Assembly (NCBI GenBank): GCA_001661245.1
Contig: KV454015.1
Span: 670,924 to 734,923, forward strand
Origin: Pachysolen tannophilus NRRL Y-2460
Taxonomy: Eukaryota
Direction of reading: 5' to 3'
Length of the DNA: 64,000 nucleotides
Both the position numbers and the translations under genes were made by a program. Under the pieces are notes generated by a model that had not been told where the DNA came from, ran no database searches, and saw nothing but the letters and a program-made list of their open reading frames with translations. Positions 34,776-47,161 of this stretch are shown piece by piece; position 1 is the stretch's first letter, and every line of letters begins with the position of its first letter.

Positions 34776-37274
34776 ATGGTTGTATCGGTGGTTGAGGACG
34801 TATTGGTGGTGGATGATATTGATAAATTTAAAGCTTTATCATTAGAGAGTCAACTTGAAAATCTTAAAAATGTCAAATTAAAGATTTTGGGGAATGATAA
34901 GGATAAGGAAAGATTAATTAAAAATGGATCATTGCTGAATTTGGTTGATATACTTCGGGATGATAGTGATTTACAATTTCAAGTTTTAAAAGATGTTGCT
35001 GTTGTAATTTCTTCATTTTCTTACTCGAAAAAAAATTCAAATTATTTGGTTCAACAAAATATTATTGAAATATTGATTTTAAGTTGTATATCTCATTATT
35101 CATTATGTGAATATCATTTTAAGACTTTGATAAATATATTATCCTTTCATCCAGAATTGAAAATAGATTTGTCAACGGAATCAGGAAGTGATTTAATACG
35201 TTTATTTATAAAAATTATATCCAATAAATCTACAAATACTTTACTTTTATTTAGTACTTGTATTTTGTTACCATACCTTTCAGCTTCATATTTAACACCA
35301 TTGGTTAAACCAATTTTGAATAAGTTATCACTATTATTAAAACCAATTTTTTATTATGTTTTTAAAGAAAATAATACAGAATCAAATATTTCCAATTATG
35401 ATAATTGTTTCTCGAATGATATACCACCAAATTCACCTCCACATTCAATTATTCCTAATGAAGTTTCACCATTGTTATATTCTTTAGCACATATCATTCC
35501 AGAATTAGATTCTTTTAAGTTATCAAAACCAATTTATTATTGTTTGACTAGTTTTTTGAAAAATGAAAGCTTAAATATAAGATTGGCTGCATTAAATGTT
35601 TTAACATTATACTCAAAATATAATTTAACTGAAAATATTAAAGAAATTAATTATAAAAAATTGGTTCCTCCATTAATAAATTTAATAGATACAACAAAAT
35701 CTTTTAGTTATGAGGAATTTACAATCAATTCAAACTATAGAGTTAAACAAAATATGACACCTTTATATCTATTATCAATTCTTTGTAAAGAAGATGATAT
35801 TATTATAGATTATTTGGCAAATTGTAAAGTTATTGATGAAATTTGTGATATCATTATTAAAAATTATAGTCTTACTACAAAGACTAAATCAGAAGATGCT
35901 TTACATAAAGTTAGTTTTTGCTTTTTAATATTAAGTGGTATTTGTTCCTCAAGAGAACATTATAGAGAACAAGTAATCAAATTCAAATTATCACCAATTA
36001 CAGTTGATATATTATCTAATCATATTAAAATACTTGCTCAATACAATAAAGTTGTTGAAATTGGACAGAAACCGAAAAATGCTGACTTGGTTTTGCAATT
36101 GTCCAATTCCATTACATTGTCAACATGTTATTTTATTAGATCATTGTCTAGATCAGTATCACTTTTAAGAACCTATTTATTAGATTTAAAAATAACAGAT
36201 TTATTATTAAAAATTTTAAAACAACCTCAGGTAATTACAGATGATTGTGATTTAAAAGATGGAGAAGTGATTTTAAAATCAGTTGTCTTGGGAATCATTT
36301 CTAATTTTGTCTTGGATTTCTCTGCATTTAAAGAAGATATTGTCAAGAGTGAGATTAGTTCATTGTTAGCTGAATTCATAACTACATCTGATTATGATAT
36401 GATCAAGATTTATTCTTTAGCAATGATTAGAAATTTTCTATATGGGATTAATGATAATTCTACAAAGGATAAATTTATCAACAAAATTTCATTAGAGAAA
36501 ATATTTGAACTATGTTATAGTCCAAATGTTAAGATTCAAGAACAATGTTTTAATATAATTAGAAATTTATGTTCAGGTTCATTAAATTATTCAGATAAAA
36601 TTATAAGTGAGTTTAATATTTCTAAAATTGCAAAATTACAAAAAGAAAAAGGATTTTTGGATTTTTTAAATAAAAAATTATCAACTTTAGACCCACTGAA
36701 AGATGTTGAATTAATGTCTTCAATATGTTATATCTTAGTTCATTTAGCAGCATCAAATGAAAACAATAGGTCACGGTTAATGGCTAACATCAGCTTACTT
36801 AAAACCTTGTTGAGAGTGTTGGACGATTATAAAGTTGACTCTAAGATCAAATTACCATGTATATGGATAATCATAAACCTAACTTGGAAGGATGATACAA
36901 GTCCAATTGACAATGATTCTTCTTCCACACCAGAGGAAGATGCAGATGAAGAGGATGACCAAGAAGAAGTAGAGGCAGATGCAGAGGCAGAGGTAGATGA
37001 TGATGTGGACGCTGATGTGGATGATGATGACGACGTTATGGATGTTGATGAAGAACTACCTAGCAAAGTACCAAAGAATAGTAATAATAATAGTGACATT
37101 AGCAACAGAAATAATAATAACGTTGTTCGAAAATCAAGTGCTAGACAGAGAGTTAGAAAATTAACCGATATGGGTTTTTACTCCACAATTAAAAACTTCA
37201 TAAATTCTTCGTATTCATTGGATATTAAAGAAAGAGCTAAAACTGCTCTTTTCCAATTGAATGCTTATGAATAA
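34776..37274 (+). CDS. VID28: Armadillo-repeat GID complex subunit (Vid28/Gid5/ARMC8)
   Basis: K.KILGND.DKE, CYFIRSLSRSVSLLRT, LGIISNFVLDFS, QEQCFNIIRNL, WIIINLTW, DIKERAKTAL. Confidence 0.8.
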   Translation: MVVSVVEDVLVVDDIDKFKALSLESQLENLKNVKLKILGNDKDKERLIKNGSLLNLVDILRDDSDLQFQVLKDVAVVISSFSYSKKNSNYLVQQNIIEILILSCISHYSLCEYHFKTLINILSFHPELKIDLSTESGSDLIRLFIKIISNKSTNTLLLFSTCILLPYLSASYLTPLVKPILNKLSLLLKPIFYYVFKENNTESNISNYDNCFSNDIPPNSPPHSIIPNEVSPLLYSLAHIIPELDSFKLSKPIYYCLTSFLKNESLNIRLAALNVLTLYSKYNLTENIKEINYKKLVPPLINLIDTTKSFSYEEFTINSNYRVKQNMTPLYLLSILCKEDDIIIDYLANCKVIDEICDIIIKNYSLTTKTKSEDALHKVSFCFLILSGICSSREHYREQVIKFKLSPITVDILSNHIKILAQYNKVVEIGQKPKNADLVLQLSNSITLSTCYFIRSLSRSVSLLRTYLLDLKITDLLLKILKQPQVITDDCDLKDGEVILKSVVLGIISNFVLDFSAFKEDIVKSEISSLLAEFITTSDYDMIKIYSLAMIRNFLYGINDNSTKDKFINKISLEKIFELCYSPNVKIQEQCFNIIRNLCSGSLNYSDKIISEFNISKIAKLQKEKGFLDFLNKKLSTLDPLKDVELMSSICYILVHLAASNENNRSRLMANISLLKTLLRVLDDYKVDSKIKLPCIWIIINLTWKDDTSPIDNDSSSTPEEDADEEDDQEEVEADAEAEVDDDVDADVDDDDDVMDVDEELPSKVPKNSNNNSDISNRNNNNVVRKSSARQRVRKLTDMGFYSTIKNFINSSYSLDIKERAKTALFQLNAYE

Positions 37275-38371
37275 CGAATATTGCTAATGACTTTTAAAGG
37301 TTAATTCAGTTAGTTGGGTTAGGTTTATTTAAGGCTGTAGGGCACAGTTTTTTTATTCTTTTTTTTTTCTTCTTTTTCTTTTTCTTTTTCTTATCGTTTA
37401 ACAATAAAAAAACTTAGTGCATCGAATAAAACATTGTGGAACAAGTAAAAAATTGGAAAACACCAAGAGATTAAAAACTTACATTTACACAGCGAACGAT
37501 ACGCATTGACTAGCATTGTAGTTTGCATTTTACTAGTAGCTAAGGCATGCAAAAAAAACAAAATACAAAATTCAAGTACAACCGCATGTACATGTATAAA
37601 ATCCTGTTAACAGAGATGTTTTTAAATCTTCTAAAATGGAAGTTATTTCAAATCTTTACGTTTACTTTGACTAAAGTTCAGCACATACATGTTGTTGATA
37701 TCCGGGTTACGTTTCGAGAGAGAACATTCCATATTATTTCAATGAATTTGGAGAAGAATCCTTGCCATTAAGTAAATCCAATTTCGGCAATCTTGGAATT
37801 GTATGTAGCAAGTGAATAAAAAAATATAAATCGTTGGTTAAAATTTTTCATTTCTTCTTATCTTGAAAATTTCGGCTAGGTATAAATTGGTAGTCATCAT
37901 TAAAAAACAAATTGTTTTCATTGATTTTGTTTTAAGTCTAAAGTCTAGGCGCCAGCGGTGGCTTCGGGAAAAATCACATGGCGGTACATTAAAAATTTTT
38001 ATTTTTTTAGTTCTTTTTTTTTTTTGTAAACACGGCTGGCTACATCAGTCAAGACTAAAATTAAAAGTAAAACTAAAACATTAAGATCAAATCTTTATAT
38101 ATTAAATATTAATTAACAAAAAAGCTTGAAAAATTAAAAGAAAAACAACAAAAGTTGTTTCTTTCAATTCGACAAGAAAAATGGTATGCAAAAGCTGAAA
38201 TTAAAAATATTAAAGTAAGTAAGTAAGTAAGAAAGTAAATAAAGCTGAAACACATCATAAAATTATTATTATTATTATTATTGTTGTTGAATTTTTTTTT
38301 TCATTTTTTCTTTATTTTTTTTGAGTTTTTAAAAATCTCTGAAAAAAATGCTGTTAAACAGTTTAAAGTAT

Positions 38372-40275
38372 TTATAATTCACTGTAATTTTCTTTACACA
38401 ACTTGGCTCTTAATCCCAGACCATATTTGTAAAAACTGAAAGGAATTAAAACCATTGCTAAAGAGATAAAAGCCAATAACCAACTTGCCCATTGTAAACC
38501 TAACCTATCATACATTTGGATAGTGAATAATGGGAAAGCAGCACCTCCAGCAGATCTAAGAAAGACTTTTGTTGCTAAAGCAGAGGCTGCGTATTTGGCA
38601 TAAGTATCAATGATATAATTGTTTATACTGTAATAAATTAAAACCATACCATAACCAAAGGCAAGACCTGAAGAAGCAGGACCAACCCAAATAATATGTT
38701 TGAATGAGGTAGCACCCAAGATGAATAATGCAATAACAGGGAATGGGGAACCAATCATAGCACCGACTAATCTATCTTCTGGAGTTGGTTGTCTTTTATG
38801 GCATAATTTAACGTAAAATTTTTCAATTACTGGAGTTGTTAATAATGCAAATCCAGCACCCATAATAATTGGAATTAACATTAAACCGACATAGTTATCA
38901 CCATAACCATATAAATCACCAAAGACTACTGGATAAGCAAAGAAAAAAGCGTATAATAATGAATAAATTAAACAGACGTAAAAGCACATAAGATCCAAGA
39001 CTGGTTCTGTAATAGCAAACATTAATGGACGATACAATACAGTATTAATCAATTCTTTTAAAGATAATTTGTTTGCTTCTTGTTCTGTCATAATTTTATC
39101 ATTACCAGTTTCTTTTCTTAATTTTTTAGCTCTTTTTTTCAATATAACTGGAGCATAAGTTTCAGGGATAATACTAGCTACAATCCACATCAGACCTGCA
39201 AAAGCCATATTAACCCAAAATACTAAATCCAATCTACCTGATCCAACACTAATAAATCCAGTAACTAAAGGACCAAAAACAGGACCTGCATAAGGAGCTG
39301 CTGCAAAATAAGCAATAGCTTTTCCTCTTGTTTCTGTTGGAAACATATCTGCAATTGATCCACCAACTAAACATAAACCTGAAGAACTGAAAACACCACA
39401 TAAGAATCTACAAACTAAAATTGTACCAATATTTGGAGCCACAGCACAAGGGATATTAAATATAACATATAGTCCCAAACTAACAAAATAAGTTGGTTTT
39501 CTACCAACAGTTTCAGACATTGGTGACCATAATAACGGTCCTATTGAAAATCCAAGAACCATTAAAGAACATGATAAAATTGCAACTTCTTGAGAAACTT
39601 TATATTTTTTTTCAATTAAATCCAATGATCCAGTAACACATGAAGAACCATAAGCAACTGATATCACAACACAAGATAAAGCAACAGTATAACTCCATCT
39701 TGCAAGTGCACTCCAATTATGAGGATTTTCAGGATCATTTAATAAAAAAGTTACAAATTCAACATCAGCTTCATAATCTTTTGATTTTGTTGAACCAATT
39801 CCTGCACCATCTTCTAAATCTGAATTTTCGTTTTTTTTTCATCAGAACTTAAAGATTCAGATTCTTTTGTTTCTTTTTTACTTAATCTTGCTGATCTAAT
39901 TCTTGATAAATTTGTATTAGTTCTACCAACTTCTCTTAAAGTTTGAACTGGTACTAAACCAGTTTCTGTTTCTAATGTATATTCTTCTGGAAAAATTGGA
40001 TTTTCCACTGTTTGTGGTCTATTTGGGTCACTAACTGGTACATTTTCAGAAAGACCCATTTCTCTTAAAGATTTTGCAGTTTCTGTTGGAACCATTCTTA
40101 AAGATTGTTGTCTTGATACAGTATTTGAAAGTTGATTTGATATTTCTGACATGGCATCTTCATTTGCTTCTGGTGCATACACCTGTGGCACATCTACATT
40201 CGTATTGGTATAATCATCATGTAATGAAGAACCAATTGATTCTTCTTCACTGTGTATTGATTCAGATTCCGTCAT
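38372..40275 (-). CDS. TPO3: MFS DHA1 polyamine transporter (Tpo2/Tpo3-like); apparent frameshift at A9 run 39831-39839
   Basis: PIFPEEYTLETETGLVPV, DPENPHNW, PETYAPVILKKRAKKLRK, PEDRL; one extra A joins the two ORFs. Confidence 0.82.
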
Positions 40276-41228
40276 TTACTCTATAAAAAATAAAAAGAAT
40301 TTATCCTTATATATATAAATATATTTCCAATCAAAATTGAAATCTTATTATTTTTTCTTTTTCTATTTCTTTTTCTTTTTCTTTTTTTTTTTTCTTTATT
40401 TAATTTAATTAATCAATAATACCACTAATTGTACTTTATATATATATAAAATACTCAATAAATTGAAAAAAGTGGAGTAACTTGAATTATTTTATAGTAT
40501 TAAGAATTGACTAAAATATGCAAACAAACCAATATAAATTATATATTAATATTAAAATAAAAGAAAAAAAAATTTTTTTAAAAGAGAAAATTAAAATAAA
40601 TATATATATATATATACATAAAATAACAATAATAATAGAAGTTGTAGTAATAAAAAAAAAAAAAAAAAAAAAAAAAGAAAAATGACAACACTTAGTTAAT
40701 CAGGCTTGTACATGAAAGGGTCCTCACTGCTCCTTATTTACTGTATCACACTTTTTACTAAAAAAACACTGATGAAAAAAAAAAAATTTTTTGAAAAAGA
40801 AAAAAAAAGAAAATTTTGTTAAGAACGCGGGAAATTTGTCCTAAATTAAATTTTTATTACTATATAAAATGTATATTATATATATTATGTATATTATGTG
40901 TTTATGTACGTTTGTATATTATGTATGTTTATTTGTTTGTTGAGCAAGGAAGTTTCTTTTTGTTTCTTAACGATGAGTTCCCGAAATGAAGGATCTCATC
41001 TGTGAGTTTAAAGTTTTTGTAGCCGGGGTTGGCCGGATAGATTTTTTGTTTTTTTGCGTTTTTCTTTTTCTTATTTTTTCTTTCTTTTTCGGTTTTGAGA
41101 GATTTTTCTTTTGAACTGCATATTGCGGGACTTGGAAAAGTCAAATGCGTGCGCATTTGACTTTTTTTTTTTTTTTTCTTCTGCTATTTCCCTTTTCTTT
41201 TCCCTCAAATTCTTTAAAATTCATCTAG

Positions 41229-41237
41229 GTCACGTGA
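41229..41237. promoter_or_regulatory. Cbf1-type E-box GTCACGTGA in the divergent TPO/BSP1 promoter
   Basis: Exact palindromic TCACGTGA. Confidence 0.5.
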
Positions 41238-41424
41238 ATATCTTCTTTCTTCTCTGAAACTAAAGTCGTGCTCAGAATAAAAAAATATAAAATAGTCGTG
41301 CGAGTAAATGGAAAAAGATTAAAAAGTAAAAAAAGGTTGTAGATAGAATAGAATAATACTGTCTACTGATAATGATATATATATATTTATCTATACTATT
41401 TGTTTAATTGGTTATTGTTTAAAG

Positions 41425-43032
41425 ATGACTTTGGTTGATCAGAATGTTGATGATTTTTTGGATAGGGTCAAAGAGCTAGATGAGAGGAGGAAGCTTGAAG
41501 ATAAGATTAGGCGGGAGAAGTTGAGGCTGGAAGTTGAATCCAAGAAGTTACCCTATAGTAATGATGATGAAAATGGGTATTTTTCTTATTCTTCTACCAA
41601 AATTAAACCAATTGTTCCAAAAAAATCGAGTAGTTTGGCTAAAATTGTTAATGGTAGTAGTGGTATGGAGGAGTCCGTGGAGGGTGAAACTACGCTTGAT
41701 GATGATATAATTCAACTAGTAAGACCAATTGGATCAAAACATAATGGATTGGAATCAGTTACATTGGAAAAAGATTTGGTGGTAACGAAACTGGTTGTTG
41801 ATTCTGAATCTCCAATAAAGGAAAATTCTATGTCATTGCACAATATGCCCCAGCCATTGAAGTTCAAAGATACTCAGGATGTTGCTCGTACAGTGGAAAG
41901 ACTTGTGGGCCATGATCCCAAGAGAAATGTAAAATATATAAAACCAAAAGAAACTGAAGTAATTACAATTGATTCTGATGAAGAAGGAAAACTAAAACCA
42001 AAAGAAAAGCTAAAGCTAAAACCAGAGGTGAAACCAAAGCCAGAGGTGAAATCAAAGCCAGAGGTTAAACCAAAACCCATAAAGAGTGGATCATCTTCTC
42101 CATCAAGAGTTGCACGGAAACCAATAGCAGCTGCAACAAATCATTATGGACTTTTCATTCCAAAACCAGACTCGGTCACTGCAGTTTCCGCTGTTGCAGC
42201 AGCCAAGGCACCAAAGTTGAAAAGTACTATTACCGATGTAGGTGAAAGAGAACCGGATTTAGCAACTACAGCAAGATATTTGATAGCTTCTAAACCTGAA
42301 CGTATTGATTCACCTATTATTACAAGAACAATACCTCCAAAAAAGAAAGAAATAAAACCAATGGAAAAGCAAATACCTTTAAAAGAAAAACCAGAAGCTT
42401 TACAAAAATTAACAAAATTAAAACCACCAGTACCTACAAGGAAACCTTCATATAATGTTCCTGAAGCTTTATCAAAATTTAATTCTTTGAAAAAAACAGA
42501 AACTTTACCAATAAGAGGAATGAAAGTATTTGAAAAAGAAAAAGAAGATTTATTACTGAATTCAAGAAATACTTTAAGAAAAATTGATTTTAAATCACCT
42601 CAAAGAGCACATACAGCACCAGAATCAACTGTTGGTTATCATCATGAAAATTCAATACTGTCAATGCTGTCAATGCTGTCAATGCTGCCTGTTAGATTAC
42701 CTTTTGCAGATCGAAACGCAAAATACCCTTTTACAAAAGCTTCAAGCTTTGATTCAGAACAGTTACAAAACAACAAAGTCAACGAGAAATTAATCCATAC
42801 TACAAAGACAAGATCCAAGGGCCCAAAGAGAAAACTACCTTCTGCATTACGTAACAACAGTACCACAAGTATTACCAGTAATACAAGTACTACAAGCAAT
42901 ACAAGTAATACGAGCACTAAAACCACACAAAAATCACTCAAGAAACCACCTCCCATCAAATCCTCATCAAGAGTGGTTTCTGCAAAATTGGAAAACAAAA
43001 GAGTATTCTCCAATAGTGAAATATTTATATAG
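41425..43032 (+). CDS. BSP1: Bsp1-like actin-patch adaptor with capping-protein-interaction (CPI) motif
   Basis: N-terminal VDDFLDRVKELD, KP-rich repeats, PEAL repeats, C-terminal LIHTTKTRSKGPKRKLP. Confidence 0.65.
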   Translation: MTLVDQNVDDFLDRVKELDERRKLEDKIRREKLRLEVESKKLPYSNDDENGYFSYSSTKIKPIVPKKSSSLAKIVNGSSGMEESVEGETTLDDDIIQLVRPIGSKHNGLESVTLEKDLVVTKLVVDSESPIKENSMSLHNMPQPLKFKDTQDVARTVERLVGHDPKRNVKYIKPKETEVITIDSDEEGKLKPKEKLKLKPEVKPKPEVKSKPEVKPKPIKSGSSSPSRVARKPIAAATNHYGLFIPKPDSVTAVSAVAAAKAPKLKSTITDVGEREPDLATTARYLIASKPERIDSPIITRTIPPKKKEIKPMEKQIPLKEKPEALQKLTKLKPPVPTRKPSYNVPEALSKFNSLKKTETLPIRGMKVFEKEKEDLLLNSRNTLRKIDFKSPQRAHTAPESTVGYHHENSILSMLSMLSMLPVRLPFADRNAKYPFTKASSFDSEQLQNNKVNEKLIHTTKTRSKGPKRKLPSALRNNSTTSITSNTSTTSNTSNTSTKTTQKSLKKPPPIKSSSRVVSAKLENKRVFSNSEIFI

Positions 43033-43899
43033 CCCTCTTCAACCCAAATTCTTGGATTCTACCGCGTAATCTGTTTTACCCTACTTTTAGGCAGATCACG
43101 ACTTTTCCGCTGCTTTTGACAGATTCTCATTTCTGTTATTAACTAAAGGCAAAATGAAAACAAAGATCAATCAATCAATCAGTAAATAAATATATTTATA
43201 TATATTTATTAGAAACTGTAATCTCTACATGTATCCACAATCACGATATATATCTATGTAAATTAGTTTTCAAAAGTAAGAGCTATTAAAAAATTTTTTT
43301 TATCATTTCAAGACATTTTATTAGTTAAAAAAGAAATTTTTTTTTTTTTTTATTTATTTTTATTTTTATTTTTATTTTTATTTTTTTTTTATTTTTTTTT
43401 TTCGCTTGATTTAAATATAGTAATTAAAACAAGTATTCATCACGAATTAATCATCATTTAATATATTTCAACTCGCTGGACGTATTTATTTTAAAAAAGA
43501 AAAGAAGAAGAAAAAAAAACGAATATAGTAAAATTTGTCGTTTTAAAAATACACAAAATAGATAACCGGGCGTGGTATTAATTTGCTTTGTAAAAGAGAT
43601 CATCATCAAATCATTTTTTATCAACAAGTAAAATTTGGTGTTTAGAACAGATATTTATTTGGTATATCAAGCAAAAACTTTCATTATTAATTTTGTTGAA
43701 TCAAAGGTTGTTTACTCATTTTTTTCAGGAACAAAAAAAAAAAAAGAAGAGAAACATTTCTTTTTGGTGTCGATAAGAGAAAAGTTTACTGTATTTATGA
43801 CCCAGAACATATTTGAATAGCATATCATATCATTCGTTGTCTGTTTTTTTTTAATTTTTATTTTTATTTTTTTATTTTTTTTTTTCTCTTCTCTTTTAA

Positions 43900-45276
43900 A
43901 TGAGTATACAAAAATCATCGGTACAGATAATTCCAATGGATTCATCGTATATATATAAACCGAAAACAGGTCCATTTTTACCGGTGAAAAGAATAGTACA
44001 TAAATATCGGCCTGTTTTTTCAATAATAACTGTGATAACGTTATTATTGTTAATTTTTAATATTTTCAAGTCATATTATGATAGATTATATTTTCCAGAT
44101 TTTACCAATACAAGTAATGCTTTTTTCTATGATTTAGGAGAATTTGATGGATTAGAAGATGGATGGCAACATGAAGAAAGAGTTATATTTTGTGTTCCAT
44201 TAAGAGATGCCGCGTCACATTTACCAATGTTTTTCGGACATATGAAAAATTTATCATATCCACATCATTTGGTTGATTTAGCATTTTTAGTTTCTGATTC
44301 TTCAGATGATACAATGATTGTTTTACAAAATCATTTGGAAGAAATTCAAAAAGATCCAAATCCTGATATGAAATTTGGTGAAATTGAAATTTTTCAAAAA
44401 GATTTTGGACAAGCAATTGGTCAAAGTTTTAGTGATAGACATGGATTTGCTGCGCAAGGTCCAAGAAGAAAATTAATGGCAAGAGCAAGAAATTGGCTTT
44501 CTTCAGTTCTGATTAAACCTTATCATTCATGGGTATATTGGAGAGATGTGGATGTTGAGACTATACCACCAACAATTATTGAAGATTTAATGCATCATAA
44601 TAAAGATGTAATAGTACCTAACGTTTGGAGACCTTTACCTGATTGGTTAGGTAATCAACAACCTTATGATTTAAATTCATGGCAAGAAAGTGATGGTGGA
44701 TTACAATTAGCAAATAGTTTAGATGAAGATGATGTCATTGTAGAAGGTTATGTTGAATATGCTACTTGGAGACCACATTTAGCTTATTTAAGAGATTCAT
44801 ATGGTGATCCAGAAATTGAAATGGATTTAGATGGTATTGGAGGAGTTTCAATTTTATCAAAGGCTAAAGTTTTCAGAACAGGACTGCATTTCCCTGCTTT
44901 TTCATTTGAAAAACACGCAGAAACTGAAGCTTTTGGTAAAATGTGTAAAAGAATGGGTTATTCTGTTGTTGGTTTACCACATTATGTAATATGGCACATT
45001 TATGAACCTTCTTCAGATGATTTGAAACATATGCAATGGATGGCACAAGAAGAAGAAAAAAATAAACAACAAGAAAAAATTAAGCAAACTTATGAGAAAT
45101 TTTGGAAGCAAGGCTTTGAAGATGTAAGTGATGAATGGAAGTTGGAGAAACCTGGAATTTATAAAAATGCAGATTTAAACAGAGAAAGGAAAATCATAGT
45201 AGATTGGGGAGAAGAAGCACCGGGAGAGGAAACCGGTAAAAATATATTAGCTAATTTTGATCCTGAGTTATCTTGA
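43900..45276 (+). CDS. ANP1: Golgi mannan polymerase II subunit Anp1
   Basis: Type II TM; QSFSDRHGFAAQGPRRKLMARARNW, WRDVDVE, PYDLNSW, HAETEAFG, HIYEPSSDDLKHM. Confidence 0.92.
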   Translation: MSIQKSSVQIIPMDSSYIYKPKTGPFLPVKRIVHKYRPVFSIITVITLLLLIFNIFKSYYDRLYFPDFTNTSNAFFYDLGEFDGLEDGWQHEERVIFCVPLRDAASHLPMFFGHMKNLSYPHHLVDLAFLVSDSSDDTMIVLQNHLEEIQKDPNPDMKFGEIEIFQKDFGQAIGQSFSDRHGFAAQGPRRKLMARARNWLSSVLIKPYHSWVYWRDVDVETIPPTIIEDLMHHNKDVIVPNVWRPLPDWLGNQQPYDLNSWQESDGGLQLANSLDEDDVIVEGYVEYATWRPHLAYLRDSYGDPEIEMDLDGIGGVSILSKAKVFRTGLHFPAFSFEKHAETEAFGKMCKRMGYSVVGLPHYVIWHIYEPSSDDLKHMQWMAQEEEKNKQQEKIKQTYEKFWKQGFEDVSDEWKLEKPGIYKNADLNRERKIIVDWGEEAPGEETGKNILANFDPELS

Positions 45277-45695
45277 AATTGTTTTATAATCATGATGCAT
45301 ATGTTTGATATTCGGAGTCTTTTTTTTTTTTATTTTTCTTTTATTTTTTTTTTGTTCTTTTTCTTCTTTTCCTTTTTCTTTTTGGCTTAAATTGTTTTTT
45401 GTTTTAGTTTTGTTGCTCTTGTCATTTTTTTTCTTTTTTTGTAAAATAGTTCTTGTTCATTTTTTTCGTTCATTATTTTCACTATTCCATTTCTTTCTCT
45501 GTTAAAAATTATTGTGGGAGGTTTAGGTAAAAAGTAATCATTTCACAAAAGATTACTAAATACCCTTATTTCTACTCTATCATTAATTTATAAAAAATTT
45601 TTATATACCATAAAATAATGCATACAAAGTGTGATAAACTGAACTATTTATTTATACACAATTAAAGTAAAATTATAGCGAGAAAAATATGCAAG

Positions 45696-47116
45696 TCACT
45701 CGTCACCGATTTCTTCAACTGGTTCTTCACTATCAGTTTTATTCTCTTCAATGTTATTCTTCTTTTTCTCTTTTTTCAAAAAAGATAATTTTCTCAACCT
45801 TGAACCTGAGCTTTCCTTTGAAGAAAAAGAAGAACCAGCGGCTGTATTAGTAACAGGTGATAATAAGTTTGAGATATCATTATTATTATTATTATTATTA
45901 TTAGTGTCTGTACTACTTTCTGGAATCCCTGCAGCGCTGTTTGTCTCCATCGCAACTTGACCAGCACCTGAAGTAGGAAGCGATAACGTTAACAGAGGTA
46001 CTCCTGACATTCCGCTATTACTATTGCCGTTACTAGAATTTGTTGAACTGGATGTGCTTTGAGAATTTCTTTTTGTTCTTCTAAAAAATTTCTTAGAATG
46101 AGTTGTGCTAGAATTTGTATTATTCAAATTATGCAATTCATCATTAGTATCTTCTAATTCCTCCGAAATACTTTGTGAGTTTAATGATGGATGTTTTTCA
46201 TGCTTCATAGGAGAAGAACTACCTCCAAATAAAAACCTTTTTTTCAAGAAAGAAGGAGATGTTGGTTCCCTAATTCCATCATACGATGATTGCAGATGAG
46301 ACAAAAAGGAATCTTGATTTGAAGATTCTTTCGACAAAGTTGTTGAAGACCCCTTTGTTTGGATTTTTTGAATCGAAGATGACTCATTAGAAGGAGAACT
46401 CTTAAATATGGACAATCCGTTATTTGTTTCAACAGATAAAGGATCAGAGCCCAAATGTTGGATATTAATCATTGGACTAGCATTATTACTAGGAGAACTG
46501 ATGAAATCATCAAAGCTTGGCTGGTTGGCATGATGTGACCTATTATCCATACTCAATAAAGGACTTCCATAACCACTAAGGAAACCGGAAGTATTGCCAA
46601 CTGTTCCTGCATTGCTGCTCCAAATACTGTTAAAACTGTTGAAACTAGAACTTCTTGCTCTGTTTCCAGAGCCAATTTCTCCTGGAGTGGCAGCAGCACC
46701 TAATATTTGATGTCCTAGTCCAGACACACCAAGTTGGATTGGTGATGTCTTAAGTTCCTTTATATTGGTCTCTTGTTGAGCATGATGTTTTGGGGAAGTT
46801 TTCTCCTGCAGGGTCCTATTTTGAGCATTATGTGGTGTTTTTTTGGTCATAAAATTAAAAAATTTGGAAGAAGACACAGGATTACTGGATGTGCCATGAA
46901 CCGAGCCATTGTTATCGGTAGCAAGTGTAGCCGTGGCAGGATTATCTGATGGTTCAGGTATTGCTGAATCAATAGAATTACTAATATCAGTTTTCCTACC
47001 AAAGCCAAAAGCTTTCGATAATCTCCTAGGCGAAAAAGCAGAAGGCAGCGATTGTTCAAGATTTGGAAAATGACGCCCATGTACAACAGTATCATTATTA
47101 TTATTGTTGTTATTGC

Positions 47117-47161
<45 letters not shown>

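Noticed and set aside
37605..37625. ACAGAGATG, resembling the U6 ACAGAGA box
   Set aside because: The downstream AGC triad/ISL and other U6 sequence are absent.
42655..42690. SMLSMLSML repeat in BSP1
   Set aside because: Simple 9-bp in-frame slippage repeat (SMASMASMA under CUG=Ala); no sign of function.
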